Source: Minisyncoccota bacterium (lineage in GTDB: Bacteria > Patescibacteriota > Minisyncoccia > Phycocordibacterales > UBA9973). From it: a DNA stretch of 64,000 nt. The notes beneath the pieces were generated by a model. It worked only from the letters and a program-made list of their open reading frames with translations, had not been told where the DNA came from and searched no databases. Shown here piece by piece: positions 39,157-46,741 of this stretch (position 1 is its first letter; the number at the start of each line of letters is the position of its first letter). The translations under genes and the position numbers were made by a program. The stretch covers positions 543,834 to 607,833 of the forward strand of contig JAQULK010000001.1 of the NCBI GenBank assembly GCA_028718635.1. The letters are read 5' to 3'.

Positions 39157-39259
39157 GTTCAATGTTTAAAAAAAAACAGCTACCTGTGGTGGCTGTAAAA
39201 ACAACACTAATTAAAGGAAGGAAGTAAAAAGAAATGAAAAAGAACCGTATTTTTCTCCA

Positions 39260-39400
39260 ATGCCTACGTCAGTACCGACAGTACCGTTTGAGCAGGTAAG
39301 TCTGCTTATACGACATATGGAAGCCCAAAAGGGCAAAAATGAAGAAGGAATGGAAAAAATAAAGAAAGAAGCTGAAGAAGCTGGCTTCAAAATAGAATAA
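39260..39400 (+). CDS. small hypothetical protein (46 aa; not in the ORF track)
   Basis: MPTSVPTVPFEQVSLLIRHMEAQKGKNEEGMEKIKKEAEEAGFKIE, ending just before a terminator; start uncertain. Confidence 0.35.
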   Translation: MPTSVPTVPFEQVSLLIRHMEAQKGKNEEGMEKIKKEAEEAGFKIE

Positions 39401-39421
39401 AGGTATCGTTTTTATCAACTT

Positions 39422-39458
39422 ATGCCGCCCTCACTATCTCAGGGCGGCATTTCTTTTT
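39422..39458 (+). terminator. intrinsic terminator of the pheA unit
   Basis: ATGCCGCCCT...AGGGCGGCAT followed by TTCTTTTT. Confidence 0.85.
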
Positions 39459-39492
39459 ATATTTTTTGAATTAATAAAATTTATTAAAAATG

Positions 39493-39531
39493 AAAAACCA
39501 GTAACACTTTTTTATTTCGGTGTTACTGGTT
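39493..39531 (-). terminator. terminator of the Trp-controlled unit
   Basis: AACCAGTAACAC...GTGTTACTGGTT followed by TTT on the minus strand. Confidence 0.7.
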
Positions 39532-39581
39532 GATTTTGAGAAGTTCGGCCTTCTCTTGCCTTGCTTGGAAAAGTGCCAAGC

Positions 39582-39764
39582 TCACCTAGAAAGTCCAGAG
39601 TCATTAATCTCTGGATCATTATCCAAAGATCCACATATCGCTAAAAGGATTCTGCATCCTCGACAATACCCACGCCAAACGCTGGGCATGTCCTCAATAA
39701 AGACAACCTTACCCTTGCATCTTGGGCAAGATTTTAATGGAAGTTGAATTCTTTCTTCTGACAC
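39582..39764 (-). CDS. 60-aa zinc-ribbon protein
   Basis: SD AAGGAGGT, GTG start, CPRC...CRGC. Confidence 0.65.
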   Translation of the reverse strand: MSEERIQLPLKSCPRCKGKVVFIEDMPSVWRGYCRGCRILLAICGSLDNDPEINDSGLSR

Positions 39765-39783
39765 AACGACCTCCTTTAAAGAA

Positions 39784-39810
39784 CAAAAATCAGCGCTTTG
39801 TTTTGCGCTG
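39784..39810 (-). terminator. Trp attenuator terminator
   Basis: CAGCGC-AAAACAAA-GCGCTG-ATTTTTG; antiterminator TTTTGCGCT lies in the leader. Confidence 0.75.
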
Positions 39811-39849
39811 TTTAATTGATTGCTTATAGATTAGGTTTATAAAAAGAAA

Positions 39850-39930
39850 TCAACAGAATAGCGCAAAAAGTTTTGTCTTTGTGCTCCACCAAGAATTCAT
39901 TAAAATATTTATTTCAAAATAATTTTTCAT
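39850..39930 (-). CDS. Trp attenuator leader peptide
   Basis: MKNYFEINILMNSWWSTKTKLFALFC with tandem TGG TGG. Confidence 0.8.
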   Translation of the reverse strand: MKNYFEINILMNSWWSTKTKLFALFC

Positions 39931-39993
39931 ATTGTTTATGTTTATTTATGCATTTATACTTAGATTCCTTATATTATTTACATATATATCTCT

Positions 39994-40039
39994 GTATCCA
40001 TGTACTAGTACATAGTAGTAGAATAAAAAAATAAAGCAA
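39994..40039 (-). promoter_or_regulatory. promoter with TrpR-type operator
   Basis: -35 TTGCTT, 16 nt, -10 TACTAT, overlapping palindrome ATGTACTAGTACAT (40000-40013); GTATC-N8-AGTAC resembles the TrpR GTACT-N8-AGTAC consensus. Confidence 0.65.
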
Positions 40040-40115
40040 GATATGCTCTTGTGGATAACCCCGCACTATAGCAAAGCTCAGTACAGGGCAAACTTTTTCA
40101 TTCATTTATTAGCCA

Positions 40116-40409
40116 CTACTTGCTTAACTTTTTTAGCATTAAATTAAAACCCCCATTCTTATTGCGAAGCTCGCGAGATCCTCGAGTGACAGTACTTATT
40201 CCAAGTCCTAAATCCCCTGCTACAGACCTATGAGTCTCTCCTTTGTTTAATTTTTTAACTATTTGCCACCTTAAGGCCATATCCTCAAGCTCAGAAGGTG
40301 TTGTAATATCTACTAAAAATTCTGTAAAAAGATTTTTATCTTTTCCAGCTTTTACTAAGATTTCTACAAGTTCTTTTTTATATTCTTTTAGTTTTTCTCT
40401 TTTGTTCAT
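40116..40409 (-). CDS. trpR: Trp repressor
   Basis: TPSE...LRWQIVKKL..GETHRSVAGDLGLGISTVTRGSREL; directly downstream of trpS. Confidence 0.92.
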   Translation of the reverse strand: MNKREKLKEYKKELVEILVKAGKDKNLFTEFLVDITTPSELEDMALRWQIVKKLNKGETHRSVAGDLGLGISTVTRGSRELRNKNGGFNLMLKKLSK

Positions 40410-40476
40410 CCCGGTACTAAAATTTTAAATATTAATCCTTATCTTTATTTCCCGTAATCAAAAATTTAGTACGGGA
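40409..40476. repeat. TCCC...GGGA inverted-repeat element, copy E2
   Basis: Fills the whole gap from the trpS stop to the trpR start; ends match E1. Confidence 0.8.
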
Positions 40477-41436
40477 CTAGTACACATTCACCCCGATCTT
40501 TTCTCGCACCTCGGCCATTTTTTTTGAAGCGACAATTTTTGCTTTTTCACCACCATTTTTAAGAATTTCTAGGGCTTTCGGAATATCTTTGGCAAATTCT
40601 TTTCTTTTTTCTCGAAGCGGGGCGATGAATTTTTCGATATCCTCTATCAGCATTTCTTTGAGTTCTTTATATTTGCCGGATTTTTCCGCATAAATCTTTT
40701 TCAATTCTTCTTCAGAACGGAAAAGTTTATGGATGGCGTAAACATTCTGAGGAATTCCCCCGCTGGAATCTGTCACAATACTCATCACGCATTTTTTTAT
40801 TTCTTCATATTCGGCAAAAAGTGGAATGGTGTTGCCATAACTCTTGCTCATTTTTCTCCCATCTGTACCGGGCACTATGGCGACATCTTTCAGAATCATT
40901 GACTCTGGCAATTTAAAGATTTGACCTCCTTCTCCGTAAACATTATTAAATTTTTCTGCTATATCTCGAGCTATTTCCACATGCTGTTTTTGATCAGCGC
41001 CTACTGGCACAAGGTCGGGACCATACATCAAAATATCCGCCGCCATCAAAACTGGATAATTGAAAGTGCCGACATCTATTTCTTTATTCTTCGCCTCGGC
41101 GTCTTTAAAGGCGTGCGCTCGCATCAGATACGGCATCGTGATGATGGTGTCAAAAATCCAAGTAAGCTCAGTATGTTCAGAAATATCGCTTTGTTTGAAA
41201 AATGTTATCTTTTGAGGATCGAGACCAATTGCTAAATAATCAAGCAAAATACTTGTGATGTTTTCCTTCATTTCACTGCGATTCCTAAGGGAATGCAACG
41301 CATGATAATCAGCTATAAAAACATAGCCATCATGCTCATTTTGGAGGTCGACGAATTGCTTCATCGCCCCAAAATAATTGCCGATATGAGGTTTTCCAGA
41401 GGGCTGAACGCCTGATAAGAATATCTTTTTTGACAT
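40477..41436 (-). CDS. trpS: tryptophanyl-tRNA synthetase
   Basis: SGVQPSG, HIGNYFG, YPVLMAADIL, VPVGADQ, KMSKS. Confidence 0.98.
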   Translation of the reverse strand: MSKKIFLSGVQPSGKPHIGNYFGAMKQFVDLQNEHDGYVFIADYHALHSLRNRSEMKENITSILLDYLAIGLDPQKITFFKQSDISEHTELTWIFDTIITMPYLMRAHAFKDAEAKNKEIDVGTFNYPVLMAADILMYGPDLVPVGADQKQHVEIARDIAEKFNNVYGEGGQIFKLPESMILKDVAIVPGTDGRKMSKSYGNTIPLFAEYEEIKKCVMSIVTDSSGGIPQNVYAIHKLFRSEEELKKIYAEKSGKYKELKEMLIEDIEKFIAPLREKRKEFAKDIPKALEILKNGGEKAKIVASKKMAEVREKIGVNVY

Positions 41437-41456
41437 GTTTATATATTTTACAAGGA

Positions 41457-41552
41457 AAAAGCAGATTATGCAAAGAATTTTTGAGCCTTCGCCCTCGGAG
41501 ACAAAAAGACAGGGAACCCACGACTCTTAAAATTCTTTCATAATCTGCTTTT
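41457..41552. repeat. long hairpin element family C, copy 2
   Basis: Arms AAAAGCAGATTATG/CATAATCTGCTTTT around CGCCCTCGGAGACAAAAGACAGGGAACCCAC. Confidence 0.8.
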
Positions 41553-41560
41553 AATTGTCC

Positions 41561-41586
41561 ACCTGCCTGCCTGCCGGCAGGCAGGT
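41561..41586. repeat. CCTGCCTGCCGGCAGGCAGG REP-like palindrome
   Basis: Same 20-mer as 17190-17209. Confidence 0.85.
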
Positions 41587-41658
41587 TAGTAACATTTTTT
41601 ACACTACTTTACGCACTTTTAAGCTTTGACAATTTTTCTACTATGCTAGAATGGCGTA

Positions 41659-43053
41659 ATGGCAAAAGTACTAAAAAATAATAATCTCCGCATTCCTCCT
41701 CAAAGCATCCCCTCCGAACAAGCAGTCCTCGGTTCTATTATGCTCCGCAAAGATGCCATGCATGAGGTTGAAGACATGATAACTTCGGATTCTTTTTACG
41801 TTGAAAAACACAAAAAGATTTTTCAGGCAATGCTCGACTTGTCGTTAAAAAATGAACCGATAGACATGCTTTCGCTTTCCACAAAATTAAAAGAACGAAA
41901 GCTCCTTGAAGCAGTCGGTGGCAACCAATATTTAGCTGAAATTGTAAATGTTGTTCCTTCTAGTACGAATATCAAACATTATGCAGACATAGTCCAAAAA
42001 AAATACGTTCTTCGAAGCCTGATAGAAGCGGCAGATTATGTATCAGAACTCGCTTTTGAAGAAGGCGACGACCACATGAATGATATTTTAGATATGGCGG
42101 AAAAGAAAATATTCGGCGTAGTCTCCTCTCCCAAAAATCAAAAATATGTAAACTTAAAAGATGCCTTGCCAGAAGCCTATGAGCGTTTGGAAAAATTACA
42201 TGAAAATAAAGGCATGCTTCGCGGACTCGCAACTGGATTCAAAGAATTAGACACAATGCTTTCTGGGTTGCAAAAATCTGATTTGGTTATTCTGGCAGCA
42301 AGGCCGAGTATGGGTAAGACTACCCTCGCCCTAGATATAGCGCGTATGTCTGGAGTATTACATGAAAAATCTATTTTAATATTTTCTTTAGAAATGTCTT
42401 CCCAGCAATTGGTGGACAGAATGCTCTCCGCTGAGTCCCGAGTGAATGCTTGGAATTTACGCACAGGAAGACTTTCTTCCGACCGAGAATTTTCTCAATT
42501 GCGAGACTCTTTGGATAAATTGGCCAAAGCAAAAATTTATATTGATGATCAGCCGGGAAATTCTATTGTCAAAATGAAAGCGCTTTCTCGCCGACTGAAG
42601 GCAGAAAAAGGGCTCGATCTTATCGTGGTGGATTATTTACAGCTGATGACTACCTCTAAAAATTACGATTCGATGGTCAATCAGGTTACAGAAATTTCCA
42701 GATCTTTAAAAAGTCTAGCCAAAGAATTAGACGTGCCAGTCTTGGCGCTTTCCCAGCTTTCTCGTGCAGTGGAATCTCGCGGCGGCAAGCCTCGTCTTTC
42801 TGATCTTCGCGACTCTGGATCCATTGAGCAAGACGCAGACGTCGTAATGTTTATTCACCGTGAAGATAGAGGAAAAGATGAATCAGAAAAAACAAACATT
42901 GCTGAGATTTTAGTAGAAAAACATCGCAATGGCCCGACTGGGAAAGTGGAACTCTATTTTGATGAAAAGACTACTACATTCTTGAACCTTGAAAAAAGCA
43001 ATTTGAGTGAATTTACTCCATCAAAAATCAAGGGAGATCTTGATGAATTCTAA
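41659..43053 (+). CDS. dnaB: replicative DNA helicase
   Basis: PPQSIPSEQAVLG, ARPSMGKT, FSLEM, VDYLQL, LSQLSR, LRDSGSIEQDAD, KHRNGPTG. Confidence 0.98.
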   Translation: MAKVLKNNNLRIPPQSIPSEQAVLGSIMLRKDAMHEVEDMITSDSFYVEKHKKIFQAMLDLSLKNEPIDMLSLSTKLKERKLLEAVGGNQYLAEIVNVVPSSTNIKHYADIVQKKYVLRSLIEAADYVSELAFEEGDDHMNDILDMAEKKIFGVVSSPKNQKYVNLKDALPEAYERLEKLHENKGMLRGLATGFKELDTMLSGLQKSDLVILAARPSMGKTTLALDIARMSGVLHEKSILIFSLEMSSQQLVDRMLSAESRVNAWNLRTGRLSSDREFSQLRDSLDKLAKAKIYIDDQPGNSIVKMKALSRRLKAEKGLDLIVVDYLQLMTTSKNYDSMVNQVTEISRSLKSLAKELDVPVLALSQLSRAVESRGGKPRLSDLRDSGSIEQDADVVMFIHREDRGKDESEKTNIAEILVEKHRNGPTGKVELYFDEKTTTFLNLEKSNLSEFTPSKIKGDLDEF

Positions 43054-43061
43054 AATATGGA

Positions 43062-43181
43062 TCCCGTTAGAGATCGAATAGTTTGTAAATAGAATAACAT
43101 GTTAATATAACTCTATGTATAAAATTTTTATTAAAAGTAATATAACTACGGAAATGCATAGCATTTCCTATCTCTAACGGG
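43062..43181 (+). mobile_element. start-codon-targeted inverted-repeat element E6 (ATGGA duplicated)
   Basis: ATGGA-TCCCGTTAGAGAT...ATCTCTAACGGG-ATGGA (recR start). Confidence 0.78.
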
Positions 43182-43793
43182 ATGGACATCATAGATAAAT
43201 TAACTGAAGTTTTTAAGGAATTCCCCGGTATCGGAGAGAGGCAAGCAAAACGCTTTGTTTACTTTTTAATGTCTAAGAACCCTGCTTACAGTGAAAACTT
43301 AGCAGAGTTGATAAAAGATTTAAAAAAAGAAACAACTCAATGCAAGGAATGTTTTAGATTTTTTATTTTAAATTCTAAAAAAGAAAATTCGTGCAATAAT
43401 TGCTCCAGCCTAAGTACGGATTCTTCTACCCTAATGATCGTGGAAAAAGATTCTGATCTAGAATCAATCAAGAAAAGCGGAGTCTATAGTGGAAAATATT
43501 TCATCCTAGGAGGATTGGTGCCTATAGTGGAAAAGACTACTAAAAGCAGAGTGCGCATTGAAGAGCTAAAAAATAAAGTCTTATCTAACAAAAATATAAA
43601 AGAGATAATTCTGGCTTTTTCGATAAGCCCTCAAGGCAACCACACCGACCAATATGTTCGTGAACAATTAAAAGATATTACAGAAAAATTAAATATAAAA
43701 ATTTCTTCGCTCGGCAGAGGCCTTTCTACTGGCACTGAATTAGAATATTCTGACAACGATACTCTCAAAAATGCATTGAAAAACAGACAATGA
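43182..43793 (+). CDS. recR: recombination protein RecR
   Basis: FPGIGERQAKR, C4 zinc finger, toprim, GTELEYSD. Confidence 0.95.
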   Translation: MDIIDKLTEVFKEFPGIGERQAKRFVYFLMSKNPAYSENLAELIKDLKKETTQCKECFRFFILNSKKENSCNNCSSLSTDSSTLMIVEKDSDLESIKKSGVYSGKYFILGGLVPIVEKTTKSRVRIEELKNKVLSNKNIKEIILAFSISPQGNHTDQYVREQLKDITEKLNIKISSLGRGLSTGTELEYSDNDTLKNALKNRQ

Positions 43794-43796
43794 CTC

Positions 43797-43904
43797 ATAA
43801 AGCAAAATAAACTTTTTGTCGGTACGGATTTTTCGAAGCTTGAAAAATCCTGAAATTCTCGCGCCGTCGCGCTCGAAACCCCTTAAAAAGTTACTTTGCT
43901 TTAT
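43797..43904 (+). repeat. structured repeat family B, copy 3 (3' of recR)
   Basis: Family B core with arms ATAAAGCAAA/TTTGCTTTAT. Confidence 0.85.
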
Positions 43905-44231
43905 TTATTTTATAGAAGTGATTTTTACTTTGAAAAACGGCTGGCGGTGGCCGTTGCGCTTTAGATAACGAGATTTTTGTTTATATTTTACAACCATGAC
44001 TTTTCTAGCGCGGCCGATCTCTGTAATCTCTGCTCTTACTTCTGCGCCCTGGATGTAAGGCGTTCCGATAGTGGTGTCCTTGCCGTCATCTACAAGTAAA
44101 ACCTTGTCAAAAGACAATTTATCCCCTTTCTTGTACTCAATTCCTTTTTCCTTTATTTTCTCAATAGAAACAAGGGTCCCCTTAGAGACCTTGTATTGTT
44201 TTCCGCCTGTTTGTATAACTGCAAATTCCAT
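43905..44231 (-). CDS. rplU: 50S ribosomal protein L21
   Basis: AVIQTGGKQYKV, IGTPY, GHRQ. Confidence 0.97.
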   Translation of the reverse strand: MEFAVIQTGGKQYKVSKGTLVSIEKIKEKGIEYKKGDKLSFDKVLLVDDGKDTTIGTPYIQGAEVRAEITEIGRARKVMVVKYKQKSRYLKRNGHRQPFFKVKITSIK

Positions 44232-44290
44232 AAGTCATATATTATATGAAATTTCACAAAAAAGCAAGACTTTGTTATACTTAACCGTAT

Positions 44291-45316
44291 ATGCAACCAA
44301 AAATAATAGAAAAATATTTTTTCTTTGGGCTATTATTTGCGACTTTTGTTTTTACCTTTTTTATTTTCCAACCATTTTGGATTGTGCTTGTACTGGGAGC
44401 TTCTTTCTCAATGATCCTCTTCCCTGTGTATAAATGGCTCAACAAAAAACTTCCCACCACTTGGCTTGCCTCTATTCTAACTTTGCTTTTTTTTATTATT
44501 GTACTTTGTGTTCCACTTTTTAGCATTGGTTCCATAGTCTTTAATCAATCTCAAAATCTTTACCATTCTGTTGTAAATAATGGAAACGTTATACCGTTTA
44601 TAAATTCCCTTGGAACTAAAATTAATCACATATTGCCGAAAGGCGCATCTTTTAACATAAACCAGCAAGTTTCAATTTTTATTTCTTTCCTGACAAACAA
44701 TATTGCAAATATCTTCAGCACTACTCTTTCCGTTTTATTTTCATTTATATTATTGCTTTTAACTATTTTTTATTTCTTGAAAGATGGAGAAAAATGGAAA
44801 GAAGCGATGCTGAAGTTGAGCCCTTTATCCAATACTGCTGACCAGAAAATAATCAACCGATTCACTCAAACAATAAGCGGGGTGTTGAAAGGATATCTTT
44901 TGGTGGCCTTCATTCAAGGCACATTGATGGGCATAGGGCTCGCTATTTTCCATGTGCCCAACCCCGCCATCTGGGCTGTCGTAGCAGGCATAGCTTCGAT
45001 CATTCCGCCTTTGGGTACGGCTGTCGTCTCTGTTCCTGCAATAATTTTCCTATTTATTATAGGTAATATTCCTGGAGCTATAGGACTTTTGATCTGGGCA
45101 GTATTGGTGGTAGGGATGGGCGACAATGTGTTAAATCCGTATATAGTCGGACGCAAAATAAACATTCCTCCGTTCTTAATTCTCTTTTCTGTCTTGGGTG
45201 GTATTGCCCTTTTGGGACCTGTCGGTATATTAATCGGTCCGCTTACGGTAAGTTTGCTTTATGCATTAACTGAGATATATCAAGACGAATTCAAATCGGA
45301 TTCGAGTAAAGCTTAA
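44291..45316 (+). CDS. AI-2E/PerM family transporter
   Basis: Multi-TM, FYFLKDG, DNVLNP, SVLGG...GPVGILIGP. Confidence 0.9.
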   Translation: MQPKIIEKYFFFGLLFATFVFTFFIFQPFWIVLVLGASFSMILFPVYKWLNKKLPTTWLASILTLLFFIIVLCVPLFSIGSIVFNQSQNLYHSVVNNGNVIPFINSLGTKINHILPKGASFNINQQVSIFISFLTNNIANIFSTTLSVLFSFILLLLTIFYFLKDGEKWKEAMLKLSPLSNTADQKIINRFTQTISGVLKGYLLVAFIQGTLMGIGLAIFHVPNPAIWAVVAGIASIIPPLGTAVVSVPAIIFLFIIGNIPGAIGLLIWAVLVVGMGDNVLNPYIVGRKINIPPFLILFSVLGGIALLGPVGILIGPLTVSLLYALTEIYQDEFKSDSSKA

Positions 45317-45334
45317 ATCAAATAATAAAAGACA

Positions 45335-46741
45335 ATGCCATTAACATTTTACAACACTCTGACCAGAGAAAAAGAAATTTTTACTTCAATCGACGACAAG
45401 GAGGTTCGTATGTATACTTGCGGTCCAACAGTTTATAATTACACCCACATAGGAAACTTGCGTGCTTTCGTTTTTGCGGATATTTTACGTCGAACTCTCA
45501 CGTATACTGGATATAAAGTAAAACAAGTGATGAATATTACTGACATAGGTCATCTTTCAAGCGATGCTGATTCAGGCGACGACAAAATGACCAAGGGACT
45601 TTTGCGTGAAGGAAAAGAATTGACCTTAAAAAATATGCGCGCCTTAGCAGAATTTTATACAAATACTTTCAAACAAGATTTGAAAACACTCAACATAAAA
45701 ATGCCAGATGGTATGTATTTTGCCAGCGATTACGTTAAGGAAGATATTGATTTGATTAAAAAATTGGAAGAAAAAGAATATGCTTATCGCACTAGTGACG
45801 GCGTCTATTTCGATATTTCAAAAATGTCCGACTATGGAGCGCTCTGGGGTGGAAAAAGAAATTGGAATAAAGAAGGCGCTCGAGTAAATGAAAATTCAGA
45901 AAAAAGAAACCCGGAAGATTTTGCTCTTTGGAAATTAAATGACTCAATTGGTTTTGAATCTCCTTTTGGCAAAGGTTTCCCAGGTTGGCATATCGAATGT
46001 TCAGCCATGGGATTAAAATTTTTAGGAGAACAATTTGATATTCATACCGGAGGGATCGATTTAATTCCTACTCATCACACTAATGAAATAGCTCAGTCTG
46101 AGTGTGCTACTGGTAAAAAACCATTTGTTAAATTCTGGATGCATAATGAATTCGTAGATACTGGCGGAGAAAAAATGTCTAAATCGTCCGGAAATTTTCT
46201 CAGAATGCAAAGTTTGTTAGATAAAAACATAGACCCAATAACCTATAGGTTTTGGCTTTTAATGGCTAGTTACCGCACAAAGGTCAATTTTAGTTGGGAA
46301 GCTCTAGAAGCTACAGAAACAGCCCTAAAACGCTTATACGGCCTATATTTGGAGCTTGGAGACGCCTCTGGTCACGTCCATAATGAATATCAAAATAAAT
46401 TCAAAGAATACCTAGAAGACGACCTAGACACGCCTAGAGCTTTGTCCTTGCTTTGGGATGTTATGAAGGATAAAAATATGTCAGATGGCGACAAAAAAGC
46501 GACTATCTTGGATTTCGATAAAGTGTTAGGACTCGGCTTTGAACATTTGAAGGAAGAAAAAATTCCAGAGGGAATTCAAAAACTCGTGAATGAGCGAGAG
46601 CAGGCTAGAAAAAATAAAGATTTCAAAAAGTCTGACGAACTACGAGACAAAATAAATTCTCTCGGTTATGAAGTGAAAGACACTTCTCTGGGACAAAAAG
46701 TTTCCCTCGGCCATAGACCTACAGGCGAGGCTAAGATTTGA
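45335..46741 (+). CDS. cysS: cysteinyl-tRNA synthetase
   Basis: YTCGPTVY, HIGN, DFALWK, GWHIECSAM, KMSKS. Confidence 0.98.
   Translation: MPLTFYNTLTREKEIFTSIDDKEVRMYTCGPTVYNYTHIGNLRAFVFADILRRTLTYTGYKVKQVMNITDIGHLSSDADSGDDKMTKGLLREGKELTLKNMRALAEFYTNTFKQDLKTLNIKMPDGMYFASDYVKEDIDLIKKLEEKEYAYRTSDGVYFDISKMSDYGALWGGKRNWNKEGARVNENSEKRNPEDFALWKLNDSIGFESPFGKGFPGWHIECSAMGLKFLGEQFDIHTGGIDLIPTHHTNEIAQSECATGKKPFVKFWMHNEFVDTGGEKMSKSSGNFLRMQSLLDKNIDPITYRFWLLMASYRTKVNFSWEALEATETALKRLYGLYLELGDASGHVHNEYQNKFKEYLEDDLDTPRALSLLWDVMKDKNMSDGDKKATILDFDKVLGLGFEHLKEEKIPEGIQKLVNEREQARKNKDFKKSDELRDKINSLGYEVKDTSLGQKVSLGHRPTGEAKI

Noticed and set aside
39582-39764. Anti-TRAP (rtpA) call
   Set aside because: Only a generic two-CxxC resemblance; spacing differs and no TRAP gene is in the window.
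40059-40091. Possible degenerate CCCCG...CAGGG element after trpR
   Set aside because: Too short and too mismatched to assign to a family with confidence.
1796-41552. Family C as a T-box or other aaRS leader
   Set aside because: No T-box antiterminator motif is visible, and orientation relative to serS and trpS is opposite in the two copies.
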